DNA of 64,000 nucleotides from Escherichia coli (GTDB lineage Bacteria; Pseudomonadota; Gammaproteobacteria; Enterobacterales; Enterobacteriaceae): NCBI RefSeq assembly GCF_013122565.1, contig NZ_CP053258.1; one strand, 5' to 3'. Shown piece by piece: positions 62,843 to 64,000 of this stretch (position 1 is its first letter; each line of letters starts with the position of its first letter). The notes under the pieces were generated by a model. It saw only the letters and a program-made list of their open reading frames with translations, ran no database searches and was not told where the DNA came from. The position numbers and the translations under genes were made by a program.

Positions 62843-64000
62843 ATGTTAAAAGTGGAAATGTTATCCACCGGGGATGAAGTGTTACACGGGCAAATCGTTG
62901 ACACTAACGCTGCCTGGCTGGCCGATTTTTTCTTTCATCAGGGGTTGCCTTTAACTCGCCGCAATACGGTGGGGGATAACCTTGATGACTTAGTCACCAT
63001 TCTTCGCGAACGTAGTCAGCACGCCGATGTGCTGATCGTTAACGGCGGGCTGGGGCCGACCAGTGATGATTTAAGCGCACTCGCCGCTGCGACAGCAAAA
63101 GGTGAAGGCCTGGTGTTGCATGAAGCCTGGCTCAAAGAGATGGAACGCTATTTCCACGAACGTGGACGAGTAATGGCACCGAGCAACCGTAAACAAGCGG
63201 AGCTGCCTGCCAGTGCTGAATTTATCAATAATCCGGTAGGCACCGCCTGTGGTTTTGCCGTGCAGCTTAATCGTTGCCTGATGTTCTTTACCCCCGGCGT
63301 ACCGTCAGAATTTAAGGTGATGGTCGAGCACGAAATCCTGCCGCGTCTGCGCGAACGTTTTTCTTTACCACAGCCGCCGGTTTGTCTGCGTTTAACTACC
63401 TTTGGTCGTTCGGAAAGCGATCTGGCACAAAGCCTGGACACTCTACAACTGCCGCCGGGCGTAACAATGGGCTATCGCTCTTCAATGCCGATCATCGAAC
63501 TGAAACTCACCGGACCGGCAAGCGAGCAACAGGCGATGGAAAAACTGTGGCTGGACGTTAAACGTGTTGCCGGACAGAGCGTGATTTTCGAAGGTACCGA
63601 AGGATTGCCCGCGCAGATCAGCCGCGAATTGCAAAACCGCCAGTTTAGCCTGACGTTGAGCGAGCAATTCACCGGTGGTTTATTGGCTTTGCAACTTTCT
63701 CGCGCAGGTGCGCCGCTGCTGGCTTGCGAAGTCGTACCATCGCAAGAAGAGACACTGGCACAAACCGCCCACTGGATTACAGAACGGCGAGCCAACCATT
63801 TTGCCGGGTTGGCGCTGGCTGTTTCGGGTTTCGAGAACGAGCATCTCAACTTTGCGCTAGCCACGCCAGATGGCACTTTCGCTCTGCGTGTGCGTTTCAG
63901 CACTACACGCTATAGCCTGGCTATCCGTCAGGAAGTGTGCGCAATGATGGCACTGAATATGCTGCGCCGTTGGTTAAACGGCCAGGACATCGCCAGTGAG
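62843..64000 (+). CDS. yfaY: CinA-like competence/damage-inducible protein YfaY, N-terminal part (3' end outside window)
   Basis: MoCF-biosynthesis-like N-terminal domain recognised; the ORF runs off the window end. Confidence 0.8.
   Translation, partial: MLKVEMLSTGDEVLHGQIVDTNAAWLADFFFHQGLPLTRRNTVGDNLDDLVTILRERSQHADVLIVNGGLGPTSDDLSALAAATAKGEGLVLHEAWLKEMERYFHERGRVMAPSNRKQAELPASAEFINNPVGTACGFAVQLNRCLMFFTPGVPSEFKVMVEHEILPRLRERFSLPQPPVCLRLTTFGRSESDLAQSLDTLQLPPGVTMGYRSSMPIIELKLTGPASEQQAMEKLWLDVKRVAGQSVIFEGTEGLPAQISRELQNRQFSLTLSEQFTGGLLALQLSRAGAPLLACEVVPSQEETLAQTAHWITERRANHFAGLALAVSGFENEHLNFALATPDGTFALRVRFSTTRYSLAIRQEVCAMMALNMLRRWLNGQDIASE

Overview
This window reads as one contiguous stretch of Escherichia coli core chromosome (the purF-to-yfaY region), not a foreign island, and I found no convincing evidence of an undescribed system. 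Gene calls rest on recognising the translated ORFs and their conserved order; nothing was searched or computed, and all composition statements are by eye. Gene order, left to right: purF (3' end), ubiX, argT-hisJQMP, rpnB(yfcI), yfcH, folX, yfcG, yfcF, yfcE, yfcD, yfcC, pta-ackA (minus strand), yfbV, yfbU, yfbT, yfbS, yfbR, alaA, lrhA, nuoA-N (13 genes, fused nuoCD), yfbM, yfbL, yfbK, elaD, rbn, elaA, elaB, menFDHBCE, pmrD, arnFETDACB (minus strand), ais, nudI, yfaZ and the 5' part of yfaY. There are no rRNA or tRNA genes, no CRISPR array and no intact IS or prophage. The most accessory-like part is the AT-rich yfbM-yfbL-yfbK-elaD block (about 39.0-43.8 kb): nuoN abuts yfbM directly, without the yfbN-yfbO-yfbP genes I recall from the K-12 reference, and elaD encodes a eukaryote-like Ulp/deubiquitinase-type protease. 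Other points worth a second look are the structured 230-bp nuoL-nuoM gap, the PmrA-controlled arnB/ais divergent region, and the long AT-rich alaA-lrhA and lrhA-nuoA leaders. Several genes start at GTG; the ORF track shows non-ATG starts as M and I corrected starts where an in-frame ATG with a Shine-Dalgarno fits better.
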